Under the pieces are notes generated by a model. That model saw only the letters and a list, made by a program, of their open reading frames with translations, was not told the origin of the DNA and did not search any database. Source: a virus (lineage: Duplodnaviria; Caudoviricetes). From it: a stretch of DNA of 26,921 nt. Where the stretch lies: positions 1-26,921 of IMG/VR virus record IMGVR_UViG_3300025848_000161; one strand, 5' to 3'. Below, piece after piece: positions 24,696-26,921 of the stretch; the first letter of the stretch is position 1, and every line of letters begins with the position of its first letter. The position numbers were made by a program, and so were the translations under genes.

Positions 24696-25652
24696 ATGGC
24701 ATACACAGATACCGCAGCCCTTTCAGTCGATCAGGCAGCATTTGACCGGTTGGCGTACTTCGCCCTCCGTTCCGAACTGCTGTTCGACGCAGCCGTCGAA
24801 GTCCAGCCCACGAATCAGGCGATGCCCGGTACGTCGGTGACCTTCACGATCTTCAACGATCTTTCGGCCGCCACCTCCGCTTTGACCGAAACGTCCGATG
24901 TGACCGCCGTGGCCATGTCCGACTCGCAGGTCAGCGTCACCCTCGCCGAGTACGGTAACGCCGTCCTCACCACCGCCAAGCTTCGCGGAACCTCGTTCCT
25001 CGACGTGGACACGGTGGCCGCGAACGTCGTCGGCTACAACGCTGGCATCTCGATCGACAGCATCGTCCGCGATGTGATCGCTGGTGGCACGAACGTGGTT
25101 TACGGTGGCGGTGGATCGTCCACCCCGTCGAGCCGCACCACCGTCGCCGCCGAAGACATCATCGAGGCCAACGACATCCGCAAGGTGACCGCCCAGTTGC
25201 GTGGCGCGAACGTTCCGACGTTCAACGGCCTGTACATGGGTTACATCCACCCGGACGTGGCTTACGACTTCCGTCGTGAGACTGGCGCGGCCGCGTGGCG
25301 TGACCCGCACGTGTACGTCGACACCAGCATGATCTACAACGGTGAGATCGGCGCGTTCGAAGGAGTGCGTTTCATCGAGACTCCGCGAGCGAAGGTGTTC
25401 GAGAACGCTTCGGACGGTTCCGGTTCGACCGGCACGATCGAGGTGTACTGCACGCACATCATGGGTCGTCAGGCCATCGCGAAGGCGTACAGCCAGCAGG
25501 ACGGCAACGGTGCGGTTCCGAAGGTCGTTCGCGGCCCGATCACCGATACCCTCAACCGTTTCCAGCCGGTCGGTTGGTACTGGTTGGGTGGCTACGGCCG
25601 ATTCCGCGAGGCGGCTCTCCGTCGCATCGAGTCGTCCAGCTCGCTCGCCTGA
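24696..25652 (+). CDS. major capsid protein (N4 gp56-like family)
   Basis: 'VTLAEYGNAV', 'YMGYIHPDVAYD', 'GEIGAFEGVRFIETP', 'DTLNRFQPVGWY'; strongly C/G-ending codons; followed by a terminator. Confidence 0.9.
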   Translation: MAYTDTAALSVDQAAFDRLAYFALRSELLFDAAVEVQPTNQAMPGTSVTFTIFNDLSAATSALTETSDVTAVAMSDSQVSVTLAEYGNAVLTTAKLRGTSFLDVDTVAANVVGYNAGISIDSIVRDVIAGGTNVVYGGGGSSTPSSRTTVAAEDIIEANDIRKVTAQLRGANVPTFNGLYMGYIHPDVAYDFRRETGAAAWRDPHVYVDTSMIYNGEIGAFEGVRFIETPRAKVFENASDGSGSTGTIEVYCTHIMGRQAIAKAYSQQDGNGAVPKVVRGPITDTLNRFQPVGWYWLGGYGRFREAALRRIESSSSLA

Positions 25653-25673
25653 GTCTGAGTCAACCCGCTTTGA

Positions 25674-25713
25674 GGTCGGGGATGCGGTACAATTACCGTG
25701 TCCCCGGCCTTTT
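25674..25713 (+). terminator. intrinsic terminator after the major capsid gene
   Basis: GGTCGGGGATGCGGTA-CAAT-TACCGTGTCCCCGGCC then TTTT. Confidence 0.8.
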
Positions 25714-25732
25714 GGCTTTAGTGAGGTAACTG

Positions 25733-26095
25733 ATGTCGATTTCGAATTATCTTGAGAACGCTTATTTGGACACGTTGCGGAATACTTCGCTTGCTGTGTC
25801 GGCGGTGTATGTGAAGTTGCATACGGGTGATCCGGGTGAGGCTGGTACGTCGAACGCGGCGACTGAGACGACTCGTAAGAGTATTTCGTTTTCGGCTGCG
25901 TCTTCTGGGTCGATGGCTTCGTCTGCGACTGTGGAGTGGACGAATGTGGCTGCGACGGAGACGTATTCGCATTGGTCGTTGTGGGATGCTTCGACTTCTG
26001 GTAATTGTTTGTGGTCGGGTGCGTTGTCGTCGTCGGCTGCTGTGACTGCTGGGGATACGTTCCAGATTACTTCGTTGACGTTGACGTTGGATTGA
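25733..26095 (+). CDS. virion structural / tail-associated protein (120 aa)
   Basis: 'MSISNYLEN..LD', 'VYVKLHTGDPGEAGT', 'WDASTSGN', 'VTAGDTFQI' pattern common in phage tail proteins. Confidence 0.75.
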   Translation: MSISNYLENAYLDTLRNTSLAVSAVYVKLHTGDPGEAGTSNAATETTRKSISFSAASSGSMASSATVEWTNVAATETYSHWSLWDASTSGNCLWSGALSSSAAVTAGDTFQITSLTLTLD

Positions 26096-26108
26096 GAGGT
26101 GGCCGTAG

Positions 26109-26921
26109 GTGGCTACTAATTTTCCGTCTTCGCTTGACAGTTTGACTAACCCGGCTTCGGGTGATTCTCTTTCGTCGCCTTCTCATTCTGTTCAGCACGC
26201 TGATGCGAATGATGCGATCGAGGCGTTGCAGGCGAAGGTTGGGGTTGATGGTTCTGCTGTTACGACGAGTCTTGATTACAAGGTGACGAACGGTGTTTTG
26301 TCCGGCCTGAATGTTGATTCGGGTGTCTTGTATGTTGACGCGGCGAATAATCGCGTCGGCATCAACAACCAGTCTCCTGCGTATGCATTAGACGTGACCG
26401 GGGTGGCAAATGCGACAGCGTTCATTCAGAACGCGGCTGATTATTTGTCGCCGTACAACGGGTTCCGTAATGCGATCATCAACGGGGATTTCCGCATCAA
26501 TCAGCGTGTGTGGTCGTCGTCTACAGCAAGCGCAACTTATGGTTTTGATAGGTGGAGAGCATTCAACTCTGGTGGGACAGTCACCATGTCATCACAGTCG
26601 TTCACGGTTGGTTCTCCAGCCGCAACTGGGTACGAGGCAGAAAAGTTTGTGCGTTTGGTTAGTGCGTCACAGTCAGCATCAGGTGATTATGCGGTATTGC
26701 AACAACCAGTAGAAGATGCTCGCACATTTGCTAATGCCACAATCACAATTTCGTTTTGGGCGAAAGCCTCGTCAGGTACACCGAAAGTTGCTGTAGAAGT
26801 AGCACAAGTCTTTGGTACTGGTGGAAGCCCATCGGCAGACGTAAACACTTTGGGTGGACAAGTAACTTTGTCAACGTCATGGGCGCGATACAGCGTTACT
26901 ATGTCTGTCCCTTCAATTAGT
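26109..26921 (+). CDS. tail fibre / receptor-binding protein, truncated by the window end
   Basis: GTG 26109, frame open to the end: 'MATNFPSSLD...HADANDAIEALQAKVG', 'NNRVGINNQSP', 'RNAIINGDFRINQR...DRW', 'TISFWAKA' (carbohydrate-binding-like domain). Confidence 0.8.
   Translation, partial: MATNFPSSLDSLTNPASGDSLSSPSHSVQHADANDAIEALQAKVGVDGSAVTTSLDYKVTNGVLSGLNVDSGVLYVDAANNRVGINNQSPAYALDVTGVANATAFIQNAADYLSPYNGFRNAIINGDFRINQRVWSSSTASATYGFDRWRAFNSGGTVTMSSQSFTVGSPAATGYEAEKFVRLVSASQSASGDYAVLQQPVEDARTFANATITISFWAKASSGTPKVAVEVAQVFGTGGSPSADVNTLGGQVTLSTSWARYSVTMSVPSIS

Overview
About 27 kb of a tailed dsDNA phage genome. The host is probably an actinobacterium, inferred from two WhiB genes, and the structural module looks podovirus-like. 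There are three blocks. (1) 102-5642 (+): recombination, replication and regulation genes (YqaJ exonuclease, Rad52/Sak-like annealing protein, SSB, resolvase, SLT lipoprotein, two WhiB genes, DNA methyltransferase). (2) 5734-10443 (-): about 14 small hypothetical genes, probably early, in two operons, each with its own sigma70/SigA-type promoter and terminator. (3) 11154 to the end: an HTH replication initiator (-), then terminase, portal, large putative internal virion proteins, scaffold, major capsid and tail genes (+). The main discovery is in block 2. Five intergenic gaps hold the same cassette on the minus strand: stop codon, TGGTT leader, a ~50-nt anticodon-less tRNA mimic, a GC-rich hairpin, a (GA)n ribosome-binding site and ATG. 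The mimic has covarying acceptor stems, a D-like hairpin with a TGG loop, a GTTCGATYC T-arm and a CCA-less ACTA end. It looks like a 'tRNA-punctuation' mRNA-processing system and/or a source of tRNA-decoy RNAs. Other signals are a repeated asymmetric GTATYGNRCGCG operator-like motif, a C/A-to-G/T strand-skew flip near 10.7-10.9 kb (candidate terminus or origin), a structured non-coding stretch downstream of the replication gene, and an HTH domain fused to the terminase. All product calls come from motif recognition by eye; no database search was run.
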